Of a DNA stretch of 64,000 nucleotides, positions 1-12,679 are shown in pieces (positions within the stretch are counted from its first letter, which is position 1; each line of letters begins with the position of its first letter). The notes under the pieces are model-generated. The model was not told the DNA's origin, searched no databases, and saw nothing but the letters and a program-made list of their open reading frames with translations. Source of the DNA: Octopus vulgaris (Eukaryota); NCBI GenBank assembly GCA_951406725.2, contig OX597843.1:7874001-7938000 (forward strand), written 5' to 3'. The position numbers were made by a program, and so were the translations under genes.

Positions 1-200
1 AGACTCTCTGCTGAAGTTTCTCTGTCATGGTCAATGCGACGATCGCACGCTACACACCTTCCTTCCAAGCATTACTGCAAACATTGAAAATGAGCTAGAA
101 CTTAAAACTTAGCGCGCATGCACGCAGAGTTCAAGCTCAATCTGGGCCAAGAGGCTTTACTCTGTCATTTAGCTTGGTTACTATAGCAACAGTCCGGATA
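1..200 (-). mobile_element. mariner-type transposon, 5' end (TIR remnant and transposase start), running off the window edge
   Basis: The minus strand reads TATCCGGACTGTTGCTATAG..., then ATG at 28..26 giving MTEKLQQRV, which resembles the mariner N-terminus (M..EQR.CIKF). Confidence 0.6.
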
Positions 201-323
201 CATACATACATACATACATACATACATACATACTTACATATATATATATATATATACTTACACACACGCACACATATATATAATTTAGAAATGCGTGTGT
301 GTATAAAATAAAAATATATATAC

Positions 324-361
<38 letters not shown>

Positions 362-438
362 GATAAAAGTATATATATAAATAAAAGTGTATATATAGGT
401 ATACGCATATATATATATGTACATATATATACATGTAT

Positions 439-494
<56 letters not shown>

Positions 495-572
495 GATAAA
501 AGTATATATATAAATAAAAGTGTATATATATGTATACGCATATATATATATATATGTACATATATATACATG

Positions 573-615
<43 letters not shown>

Positions 616-619
616 CAGT

Positions 620-825
620 GTGTTTGTGTGTGTGCGTGTGTACCCCAACGTGTAACAGTCGGTGTCGGTGTGTTTATGTCCCCACACCTTAGCGGTTCGA
701 CAACGGAGAAGGTCAGACCAAGTAACAGGCTTTTAAAAAATCAAATACTAGAATTGATTCGTTCGGCAAAAATTCCTCAAGGCGGTGCTCCAGCTTGGCC
801 GCAGTCTAATGACTAAGACAAAAAA
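620..825 (+). mobile_element. degenerate 3' half of SINE family A
   Basis: Contains CTTAGCGGTTCG and the tail GGCGGTGCTCCAGCTTGGCCGCAGTCTAATGACT, matching the intact copies. Confidence 0.75.
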
Positions 826-1032
826 TGGCTAAAACATAACATGTGTGTCACAGATTGTGAGACACTATTCTACAGATGAACCTTCAACCTGGGTTTTATA
901 AATTCGGAGCAAATTCATTGGGCAATGAAATATAACCTCTACCCGATTTGAGGATTGAACGCATGAAGTTCCGATCCGGAGTCCAACTGATTTAAGCAAA
1001 AGGCCGCGTATTTAAAAAAAAAAAACAACCTA

Positions 1033-1430
1033 GGCGCAGGAGTGGCTGTGTGGTAAGTAGCTTGCTAACCAACCACATGGTTCCGGGTTCAGTCCCACTG
1101 CGTGGCATCTTGGGCAAGTGTCTTCTGCTATAGCCGCAGGCTGACCAATGCCTTTTGAGTGGATTTGGTAGACGGAAACTGAAAGAAGCCTGTCGTATAT
1201 ATGTGTATATATATATATATATATACGTGTGTGTATTTGTCCCCCCAGCATTGCTTGACAACCGATGCTGGTGTGTTTACGTCCCCATCACTTGGCGGTT
1301 CGGCAAAAGAGACCGATAGAATAAGTACTGGGCTTACAAAGAATAAGTCCCGGGGTCGATTTGATCGACTAAAGGTGGTGCTCCAGCATGGCCGCAGTCA
1401 AATGACTGAAACAAGTAAAAGAGTAAAAGA
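1033..1430 (+). mobile_element. SINE family A, full length (tRNA-derived head, CORE-like block, internal microsatellite, LINE-derived tail)
   Basis: A-box-like TGGCTGTGTGG, B-box-like GGTTCAGTCC, CORE-like CTTGGGCAAGT, internal (TA)n/(TG)n, and a tail ending in GTAAAAGA repeats. Many near-identical copies occur in the window. Confidence 0.9.
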
Positions 1431-1459
1431 TATATATATATATATATATATATGTCTTT

Positions 1460-1672
1460 AAAATAAAGCTGGATCTCTTCTTGTCAGGTGTCCCAGACGA
1501 ACCAACTTCACAGCAGGAGGTGCAGATGAGGGCAGCTGCATCGAACTCTCTCATGCACCAAATGGCAATTGCTAAAAAGCATTCGTGAAGTAAAATCATG
1601 TAGCAACACCAAATGGCGGTGCCCCAGCATGGCCACAGCTCGTGAGCTGAAACTAGATAAATAAATAAAAAA
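1460..1672 (+). mobile_element. CR1-group LINE 3' end
   Basis: Encodes KLDLFLSGVPDEPTSQQEVQMRAAASNSLMHQ, followed by 3'UTR GGCGGTGCCCCAGCATGGCCACAGCTCGTGAGCTGAAAC and (TAAA)n. Homologous to 25441-25826 and 41474-41733. Confidence 0.8.
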
Positions 1673-2036
1673 CAACAACCTACTAGAGTCAAAATAAAAA
1701 GGTGAGTTGAGACAATGGAATTTATATAATCCCAGATGTGCAAGAAATTGGAATAAAAATGACTGGATTGATGGTCATGTGGACGCACGATTTGATCGAA
1801 AGATTTGTCTATGGTCATCAAATTGTTTGAGCCACACATTCACTCATTATCTCCATAAGATCGAGGTTGGCTGAGGAGGCTTACAGTGTGCCACACACAT
1901 ATACACACAGAAAGACACACATACACATATATATGTACATACATATATATATACATATATATATACATACATATATTCACATACATATGAATATATATAC
2001 TTGTGTATATATATACGTGTATGCATGTATATGCAT

Positions 2037-2094
<58 letters not shown>

Positions 2095-2206
2095 TTGTAC
2101 ATATATACACACATATATCTATACGTATGAATGTATGTATGAATCTACCTATCTATATCGCTGTCTAGATATATATGTCTGTTTGTATTCATCTCTCTGT
2201 CTTTTT

Positions 2207-2390
<184 letters not shown>

Positions 2391-2445
2391 CTGAATATAT
2401 GCGAATTTGTGTTCGTGTCACTGTGTGAGTGTGCTTGCATATATG

Positions 2446-2486
<41 letters not shown>

Positions 2487-2644
2487 ATACACACATACAT
2501 GCGTGTATGAATGTGTGTATGTATGAAGATATCTGTGTGCGTGCGTGAGGCGCATGCGTACGTTTGGGTCTTTCGTTTGTCATCAGCTGCCATCGCATTT
2601 TAATATCAATTCAGCGACGCGCATATACATAACTAAATACCCAT

Positions 2645-2677
<33 letters not shown>

Positions 2678-2774
2678 CACACACACATACAAATACTTAT
2701 AAATGGCATACTATATATAATACATACGTGCGTGTGAGTGGAGCGTGCAGATACATACATACATGCATACATAT

Positions 2775-2822
<48 letters not shown>

Positions 2823-2890
2823 GTATATACATACATACATATATATATATACACACATATATATATACACACACATATATATATATATAT

Positions 2891-2972
<82 letters not shown>

Positions 2973-3001
2973 TGATATATATATACATATATATATATAT
3001 C

Positions 3002-3074
<73 letters not shown>

Positions 3075-3169
3075 TATATATATATGTATACGTTATACCC
3101 GTACAAAGACATGAAGACATACAAACCATGCAATATCGTCGAGGAAGAATATTTACAGTTCCACGTATG

Positions 3170-3399
3170 CAAAGGTCACGGCAAAACACAAGATGGCGGC
3201 ATAGAAACGACCGAACGCTCATTGATAAGATCTTTTTACATCTTCAGGTCATCCGAAATTCTAAAACGGCAAACCCCCATGACGGACAAATTGTAGCTGA
3301 CCTCAAGGTCACACGTGCCTCCATAACCGGAAGTCTATTCACATCAATGAAGAAAACTTCTTTTTTTTTTGTTGCTATTTGGTGAAATAGCATTTTTTT

Positions 3400-3461
<62 letters not shown>

Positions 3462-3540
3462 TTTTTTCTTTATGATATGTGGCGGTTTTTTTTTGTTAAT
3501 TCTAGTTTCGCTTTCACTTTCGTCATTTTCCCGCCCAAAA
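3170..3540. promoter_or_regulatory. candidate promoter or enhancer island
   Basis: CpG-containing unique sequence with YY1-type CAAGATGGCGGC (3189-3200), TGACCTcaAGGTCA (3298-3311), CACGTG (3312-3317), ETS ACCGGAAGT (3326-3334), ISRE-like AGTTTCGCTTTCACTTTC (3504-3521) and E2F-like TTTTCCCGCCC (3526-3536). Confidence 0.4.
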
Positions 3541-3673
3541 CACTAACGATTCGTCTTTTTTTTCTTCTATGCCTTGATATTTGCTATACACAAGTCGACT
3601 GATGTGTCTTGTTAATAACATATTGAAAAGATTAAGAATCTTTGTAGCTATATGTATATATGTATGTATGTTT

Positions 3674-3721
<48 letters not shown>

Positions 3722-4019
3722 ATATATATATATGTGCGCATTTTGTTCATTTTTTATGCATCAGTATATGCTTACAAACTACGTGATATATATATACATA
3801 CATATATATATACATGTATATATATATATGTGTACATATATACATATATATACGTATATAAATATACATACATATGTATATATACATTTATAAATACATG
3901 TGTATACGTATATATGTGTATATATACATATATACGTGTCTATACATACATATATATATATGTATATATATGTACATATGTATGTATATATATATTTATA
4001 CATCTCTCTCTCTCTCTCT

Positions 4020-4062
<43 letters not shown>

Positions 4063-4170
4063 TGTTTACGGTGGTATGCACGGTTGCCTCTATTGATATA
4101 TATATATATATATATATGTCCTCGTATGTATATATACATACATACATATATATGTATATATATATGTATA

Positions 4171-4202
<32 letters not shown>

Positions 4203-4547
4203 CATGCATGTCTTTAATGTGTAAAGTATGCCTACATACATGTAAGGATATGAAATGCACGCCGATACACATACACACACACACACACTCACACATATAT
4301 ATATACACCCTCTCCCTCCCTTTTCCCTTGCACTCTTTATTATCTAACACTTATTAATGCTCTAACTTTCTCCTAACTATAGAGGGCAATATGTATACAT
4401 ACCTGAATGTATATACATACATAACTATATATATACATATGTATATATGTATATATATATATGTATGTATATATATAAACATATGTATATATATATATAT
4501 ACATCCATATATATATATATATATAATAACATATATATATATTTTTG

Positions 4548-4579
<32 letters not shown>

Positions 4580-4814
4580 TATGTTACTGCGTAATGTTGA
4601 GTATATGAATGGATATTTCATTGCACTGTATCATCATTTTTATGTATTATTATATAAAGAAGAAACACACATACACACGTGTGTACGTATATGTATGTAT
4701 ACAAACACATATATACACATTTGTGTATATATGTGTTTGTATACAGACATATACGTACACGCGTATGTGTATATATATAGTTATTCATATACACACTTAT
4801 TCACGTATAAAATA

Positions 4815-4866
<52 letters not shown>

Positions 4867-4867
4867 G

Positions 4868-4900
<33 letters not shown>

Positions 4901-5191
4901 TTAATAATCGCTCACCTTGGCCAGCGTCCAATATGATTAATAAAGAGGTGAGATAAATCTACGCAGCCTCTGCAGCGAGGCCATCGCAACCACGGTCGGT
5001 ATGGGGCGTGAGCGTGCGGGTGGGGGGTAGGGTATGGGCACGCTTGTGCTGTCGGTGGAGGTGATGATAGGGTCGTGTGGGTGGTGGTGGTTACGAGACC
5101 AGGGTTTTATACACTGTGTGGATAATAGCACAAACAAATAATATCCCTTACCACATCTATCTATCTGTCTATCTATCTGTCTTTCTGTCTA

Positions 5192-5318
<127 letters not shown>

Positions 5319-5375
5319 GTCTATCTATCTGTCTTTCTGTCTATCTGTCTGTCTATCTATCTATCTATCTATCTT

Positions 5376-5430
<55 letters not shown>

Positions 5431-5951
5431 CTTCCTTAATCATTACACTGCGGCCATGCTGGGTCATGGACTTGAAAGATTTCGCTCGAAAGAATCGATC
5501 CCACGACCAATATATCAAAGCCTTACACCTAGTCCATCGAGGACGTAAACACACAAATATGTGGGCATTATGGATAAACACCAGTTTCCATTAATGGTTC
5601 CTACGTACGTTTCATCGCTATCTTTGCTTGAAGTTCTGCCATGATTATTCCAAGTACATTTAGAGGGTAAACGACAACCAATTATCAAGAAACAATTTAC
5701 TGGATAACACTCACAAACACACACACACATACACATATACAAACACATATATACATGTGTATGTACTTATATTTCAGTATTTGACTGTACAAATGCCAGT
5801 AATGATCACATGGTAAACCAGTTGTAGCGCTGTGTCCCTTCACGTATTTGTTGCATTTATAGAAATATAATTCCAGCAATTTCTCATCAATGCGTTTGAA
5901 TTCTATTCTAATATGTTCATAAACATTTGCTGTTTGTTTGTATACAAAATA

Positions 5952-6097
5952 GGTGCTGGCGTGGCTTGTGTAGTAAGAAGCTTGCTTCCCAATCACATGG
6001 TGCCGGATTCAATACTTCTGTGTAGCGTCTTCAGTAAGTTTCTTCTACCAAAGCGAGTGGATGTGGTAGGCGGCAAATGAAAAGTGCTCAACGTGTG
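5952..6097 (+). mobile_element. degenerate SINE A head
   Basis: GGTGCTGGCGTGGCTTGTGTAGTAAGAAGCTTGCTTCCCAATCACATGG aligns with the family A head. Confidence 0.6.
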
Positions 6098-6160
6098 TCG
6101 CATCTTGTCCCTACCTTCGAAACGTGGAGTAGATAAAACAGGGGACAACTGATGAAGGGA
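6098..6160 (+). ncRNA. candidate rearranged (non-circularly permuted) hammerhead ribozyme
   Basis: Order is AUC triplet + TTGTCCCT, then CCTTC-GAAA-CGTGG, then GGGGACAA-CTGATGA-AGGG. Stem I has 8 bp. Confidence 0.45.
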
Positions 6161-6400
6161 TTGTTCTTTATGTTTCCTGTCTCGTTTTTTTATTTGTTTC
6201 TTTCGTTGTCCGAAAAAAAGTTCGTTTTTTATGTTTTTGTTTTTATGTTCTCGTTTGTCATTTTGTTCACGTTTTTGTCCTGTACCCATATATGATTGTA
6301 TATATATATATATATACATATATATACATATATATGTAGGTATGCATGTATATGTATGTATATATGCATATATTTATATATTATTTATATTATATTATAT

Positions 6401-6440
<40 letters not shown>

Positions 6441-7021
6441 TATAAGGCACAATAATAAAATGACTCTCCGCAGACACCACAGAATATGCTTCAACACACG
6501 AACTCATATAAAGAATCTTGCAAACCAAATCCCAAAACGAAATGTATATACATACATATATATATATATAGATGAGTGTATTTTTCCTTTCTTAACAATT
6601 AACACGGAAAAAATAGAAAAATAGTTAGCAGGGTAGCAAAAAATCACACAAGTAAAGAGGTTGTAACTCCTTTAGTTCATATAAGTAATCTCTACCATCA
6701 TATATTATTTAAAAAATTAATTTTCTTTTTATATTTAACATTCACTAAAAAAATATTCCTCCTCTTTCTATAGGCTACTTCTGACGTTATATCATATAAC
6801 ATTTTTCAAACAACATTAGTAGCGTTCATTAAATCCCTATACATATCCATCATTTTCTGTTAAAATGTCTTATTGACGGGTTTCATTTCTTCATTTCCCT
6901 GAAGAGAAGATTACATTGTTTTACATCATTTATTCCTTTGGAATAATATCAGTGATATCTTCGAAACATGTGTTGGAAGTAAAAGTATTTGAATTATACC
7001 TGCGTTAAACTCCATGTATAT

Positions 7022-7072
<51 letters not shown>

Positions 7073-7352
7073 CATAAGAAGCATAAGAGTTATTTAAAAA
7101 AAAGGTCATATCAAGTGACCAGCATGGAAGAAACCATATAGGTAATAAGTTCTATAGATATGTAATTACATAATTATAATTAAGGGTAGTGGGTAAGTAC
7201 CACCATGCTAGATATAGCAGTCAAAACTCTCTATAATAATAATAAAATGTATTTTATTACAAAGCCAGAAATCGTCGATCTTGAATTGGTGTATAAGGAA
7301 GTTTGATTCTGCTGCCCTCGTCTGCATCCGATGTCTGGTTGTTGGTTCAAAC

Positions 7353-7415
<63 letters not shown>

Positions 7416-7644
7416 TTATATATATATATACATATATATATGTTTATATATAAGTATATATATATATATGTATATTTGTTAATATATATGCATATACATA
7501 TATATATATATATATATATGGGTGTGTGTATCTATGCGTGTATCTATCTATATATATTTTGCATTTAATTATATATACTCTTTTAGTTATCTATCTATCA
7601 ATCTAATCATCTATATCTATATACACACATATATATGTTTAATT

Positions 7645-7716
<72 letters not shown>

Positions 7717-7738
7717 CATACATACATACATACATACA

Positions 7739-7769
<31 letters not shown>

Positions 7770-8316
7770 GCATGTGTGTGTACATTGATACGTAAACGCA
7801 TGCACACAACAAACAAGAGAACAATACACCCAAACAAACAAACAAACAAACATCGTAAAACTGAACGCCAACAGAACGCAACAGAACTGCAGAATAATCT
7901 AATGTCTTGACCCAAAAGAGTGGAACAAAATGGCGTCCCTGTTAATTTAGCGCTGCGATGTTGAGCGGGGAAAAAAAAAGAGAAAGCGATATATAAGATA
8001 AAAGAAAGAAATAAAAACCGTTTGAGAGAGAATTAAAGAGAAGACAACTAAGGCATTCTTAAACGAATTTTCATGATCGGACAAAAATGTTAAGAGCTAA
8101 ACGGTCAACACATTTTCATTATATAGAACTGCCTTGTGAGTGTGTTTTGGGGGTGGGGGTGCGCAGAGTTTGTTGGAGTGAAGGGGGTTATGCGAGTGAG
8201 AGGGAGGGTGTGAGATTGTTTGTGGGGGTAGGAGTTGGGGGTTGGGTACACGAGGGGATGTTGCGTGTTTATGTGTGTGCATGAATGTATATGTGTGTCA
8301 TTCGTTTGGAACGCGT

Positions 8317-8371
<55 letters not shown>

Positions 8372-8695
8372 AGATAGATATACATAAGGAAATACATATA
8401 TATATATATATATATTTGTATATATATGTATACACGCTCACACATACAGGCACTCACATATGCCTATAAGACCATACGCAAATATATGTAAATATAGACA
8501 TATTAATAAATATAAAGTATATATATATATATGTATATATACATATATGTGCGCACACACACACACACATATATATATATGCGTATATATTCCCGAACAT
8601 ATTTATTATATCGTTTACAGAAGAAACGCTAATTATATATCTACATATATATATATGTAACGATAAATGTATGCATGTATATATATACATGTATG

Positions 8696-8727
<32 letters not shown>

Positions 8728-8815
8728 TACACACACACATATATATATATATATATCTGCCTATGTAATTTGATGTAAGTAGCCGTGTTAGCCTACTTGC
8801 GGATGTATATTATGC

Positions 8816-8847
<32 letters not shown>

Positions 8848-9525
8848 TTGTGTGTGTGTATGTATATATATGTGTGTATATTTACGTATATATATATATG
8901 TGTGTGTTTGTGTGTGTGTGTGCGTGTACGTAGAAGAAAAATAGAATATGCCTGGTTTGAGCCAGGATATTAGCGTTCGTTCTGTAAACTTTATATTACA
9001 TATGCTCTAGAATATACACGCCGTATATATAAATATATATATATTTACATATATATATATATATATATATATATACAAGCATACGCATATGTATATATGT
9101 GCGTGGAAGTGGATCCTCATAGATGTGTGTGCGCGCACCTGTGCATGTGTGTGTGTGAGGGTGTAACTGTATGAGCGAATCAGCCATCAGCAAATTGAAT
9201 TTGCTGACAGCTTCCACTCGTTAAATGGCCAATTGCGGCATTAAACAAAGAGCGAAGCACACACAGATGCTGCACAAATACGCATCCTTAAATACAGGCA
9301 GATCCTCAAACAAGGCCAGGACGTAACTGCAGGGGGAATACATACACACACGCAGGCACACACGTATCAATGCGCAGATAAACACCAACGTGAAACCTTT
9401 CTTACGCGCGTTCATTTGGCGAACATGCTGGGAACCAAGTGTAATCCTTCTTTCTCTCTCACTTTGTCTTACACTTACACATACACACACACACACACTC
9501 TCTCTCCCTCATCATGAATATCATG

Positions 9526-9579
<54 letters not shown>

Positions 9580-9585
9580 CATATC

Positions 9586-9741
9586 TTTTCTCTCCATGTT
9601 TCTCTCCTTGTTTTTTTCTGTAGAAGAGCGTATGCTCGAAACGTAAACGACCTATTTCTATTCCTGAGCGCCATACTAATGCATTTGTTTGTTTGTACTC
9701 CACCTGCCTTCGTCTTTTGTTTATTTTCGTAAACCTTCCCG

Positions 9742-9742
<1 letters not shown>
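9586..9742 (+). mobile_element. short PLE pLTR-like unit (GAGC family) with an HHR-like motif, inside (TA)n
   Basis: CTGTAGAA-GAGC-gtat-GCTC-GAAA-CGTA at 9618-9645. Homologous to 12115-12288, 24712-24890(-), 25850-25945 (partial) and 45730-45925. Confidence 0.65.
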
Positions 9743-9796
<54 letters not shown>

Positions 9797-10128
9797 AAAA
9801 AAGGAGATGTCGAACACGAGTGGTGATATATAAAAAAGGAAATGAAGAAAATGCTGACAAATAATTGAAGTAATTTAAGTAATTTAATTAGGTGAAAGTT
9901 CTTTTTACCGGTTGCGCATTTGTTATGCTTATCAAAATATAAAAGAGAGATTAGAGTCTGTCTCTTATATGTGAAAAAAAGAGGCTCCAGAGTTGTTTTG
10001 GATTTGCTTGGTTTCGCGCCTAAAATTTTGATTGGTCATTATGAAGGGGTCACGTGAATGTTTGAATGGAAGTTGGTGTTGGGGTAAGAAAAAAGGCTCC
10101 AGAGAAGTTAAAATTTGGCTAGTGTCCC

Positions 10129-11241
10129 AACCAATTTGGCACCACTCTCCACACACACATAGAGAAGAACTGGAAGAGATATCTTGATGACTGCTTCATC
10201 CTTTGGCCCGAAACCGTCGAGAAGCTTAACGAATTTAACACTCTTATAAATGGGCTCAACACAAACATTATTTTCACAATGGAATACAGCCCTCAACAAA
10301 TTCCCTTCCTCGACATCCTCATTAAAATTCACAACAAAAAAATAGAAACAGACATATACTACAAGCCCACAGACTCCAAGCAATACCTCCCTTTCAATTC
10401 ATGCCACCCTAGACACGTTAAAATTAACATTCCCTACAACTTAGCCAAGAGAATTTGCACTATAGTCTCCAATAAAAACACCCGTCTCTTACGTCTACAA
10501 GAACTCAGGGGCACATTAACAAGCAGGGATTACCCCACGTCACTAATTGACAATGGGATCCAACGCGCCCTAAAACTCAGCACGCAGGAACTTAGACGCC
10601 CTAAACCTGTTACATCGAAACCCCATACTCTACCATACATCTCTACACACAACCCCCTCAACAATGAAGCTTTTGACACCATCCTCCAGAACATTCCTGT
10701 ATTACAAAAGGACCATAGAATGAACCAAATCCTCCTAACACACGAAATCATAAAGAGCAAAAGGCAACCCAAATCATTGAAAACCATCCTAACAAATGCC
10801 AAAGTACTGCCAACCACAACAACTAAACCCACAGTAAACAAATGCAATAGACCCAACTGTGGTATATGCATCAACCTAATAGAAGGTCCGGAATTCCTTT
10901 TTAAACAAGGACAACGTTTCACAGTAAAACACAACTTCACATGCGCATCAGAAAACCTAGTATATGTCTTAACTTGCTCGGGCTGTAATGAACACTACAT
11001 AGGCCAAACAAAAAATAGCCTCCGCCAACGCATGACTGTCCACAGATCCCAAATAAAAATACAGGAATATAGAAAAATAGCATTTAGTGCACATATTGAT
11101 ACCTGTGCCGCACAACTCCATCCCAATTTTAGAATCTTTCCCCTCTACAAATTTAAAGACAATGCCACTCATACCCAGCGAATAACCATGGAATCCCACC
11201 TTATTAATAAATACAGACCACTTCTAAACACATGCCCCTAA
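10129..11241 (+). CDS. PLE reverse transcriptase (C-terminal half) fused to a GIY-YIG endonuclease, 5'-truncated; Neptune-like Cys linker
   Basis: The frame is open from the inversion junction at 10129, upstream of the annotated ATG at 10279. It reads WKRYLDDCF (YLDD at 10180-10191), IPFLDILI, TDIYYKPTD, SCHP, CNRPNCGIC and LVYVLTCSGCNEHYIGQT...RMTVHR, with no internal stops. Confidence 0.9.
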   Translation, partial: NQFGTTLHTHIEKNWKRYLDDCFILWPETVEKLNEFNTLINGLNTNIIFTMEYSPQQIPFLDILIKIHNKKIETDIYYKPTDSKQYLPFNSCHPRHVKINIPYNLAKRICTIVSNKNTRLLRLQELRGTLTSRDYPTSLIDNGIQRALKLSTQELRRPKPVTSKPHTLPYISTHNPLNNEAFDTILQNIPVLQKDHRMNQILLTHEIIKSKRQPKSLKTILTNAKVLPTTTTKPTVNKCNRPNCGICINLIEGPEFLFKQGQRFTVKHNFTCASENLVYVLTCSGCNEHYIGQTKNSLRQRMTVHRSQIKIQEYRKIAFSAHIDTCAAQLHPNFRIFPLYKFKDNATHTQRITMESHLINKYRPLLNTCP

Positions 11242-11949
11242 CACGAACCCACAACAAACACACTTACACCTGCACACACCCTACACACACCTTTACCCAG
11301 ATATTAACACCATGACACACACAAATATATGGTTCCACACATACACATAATTGAATACGGGTGCAAAACATCCAACACTATTTTTTGGAAATGGCTGTAA
11401 ATATTGACTTCACACAAATACGTTGCTTCCCGATACAGGCACAAGGCCAGCAGAACTATAAATATTGAAAATTGTACCCACACACACACACATATATACA
11501 CGCGCGCGCGCCCCAACATACATATAAACACACACGCGCGCGCGCGCACACACACATACATACATACAGCTCTCCCTGTTCTAAACGAACTTACTTATCC
11601 AGTCAAGCGGAAAATACACTCCCTAACTACGCGCTAAAAAGCTATTTAAAATATCCACATGACGTCTACTGACCAGCCTGAACAATAAGAATTTTCAACA
11701 ACACTATTTTCGAAAATTCTAAACATTCACGTGACCTCTTTATTATGGCCAATAAGAAATTTTAGGCGGGACACTAGCCAAATTTTAACTTCTCTGGAGC
11801 CTTTTTTCTTACCCCAACACCAACTTCCATTCAAACATTCACGTGACCCCTTCATAATGACCAATCAAAATTTTAGGCGCGAAACCAAGCAAATCCAAAA
11901 CAACTCTGGAGCCTCTTTTTTTCACATATAAGAGACAGACTCTAATCTC

Positions 11950-11996
11950 TCTTTTATATTTTGATAAGCATAACAAATGCGCAACCGGTAAAAAGA
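11950..11996 (+). ncRNA. minimal type I HHR-like motif in the pLTR (U3/A8 core, GCAA in place of GAAA)
   Basis: TTGATAA-GCAT-aacaa-ATGC-GCAA-CCGG-TA. The mirror copy is at 9900-9946 on the minus strand. Confidence 0.55.
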
Positions 11997-12057
11997 ACTT
12001 TCACCTAATTAAATTACTTAAATTACTTCAATTATTTGTCAGCATTTTCTTCATTTC

Positions 12058-12106
<49 letters not shown>

Positions 12107-12114
12107 ATATGTAT

Positions 12115-12288
12115 CCGTAGCCATTACACACATTTTTCTCTCTCCTTGTTTCTCTCTGTGTTCCTTTCTGCGGAAGAGCATAGGCTCGAAACGTTAAAGT
12201 CCTTTTCAATTCCAGAGTGTTATACTAATACATCTGTTTGTTGTCTACACCATCTGTCTTCGTCTTTTGTTTTTCGTGAATTCTCCCT
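12115..12288 (+). mobile_element. short PLE pLTR-like unit (GAGC family) with an HHR-like motif
   Basis: CTTT-CTGCGGAA-GAGC-atag-GCTC-GAAA-CGTT-AAAG at 12164-12199. Confidence 0.65.
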
Positions 12289-12583
12289 ATATATATATAT
12301 ATATATATATATATCATACGTGCATGTTTATGTATGTATGTACGTATATATGTACATGTGCATGTACATACATGTATGTATCTGTATATGTATGCATATA
12401 TACATATACACACACATATATATACATATGCACACACACACATATATATAAATATATACACACACACACATATATACATATACATACACACATATCTACA
12501 TATACACACACATATATACATATACACACATTTATACATACACACACATATGCATACATACACACACATACATATATATATAC

Positions 12584-12614
<31 letters not shown>

Positions 12615-12679
12615 CATATACACAAACATATATATTTATACATATACACACACGTACACACAATCACACACATATATAT

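Larger units (their letters stand above)
9834..12062 (+). mobile_element. Penelope-like retroelement, 5'-truncated, with an inverted 5' pLTR
   Basis: 9834-10128 is the reverse complement of 11768-12062 (295 bp). These flank an RT/GIY-YIG frame and the whole unit lies between (TA)n tracts. This is the typical PLE architecture. Confidence 0.92.

Noticed and set aside
1033-1110. tRNA genes at SINE heads
   Set aside because: Only A/B-box-like motifs are present, with no complete cloverleaf. They are part of a SINE.
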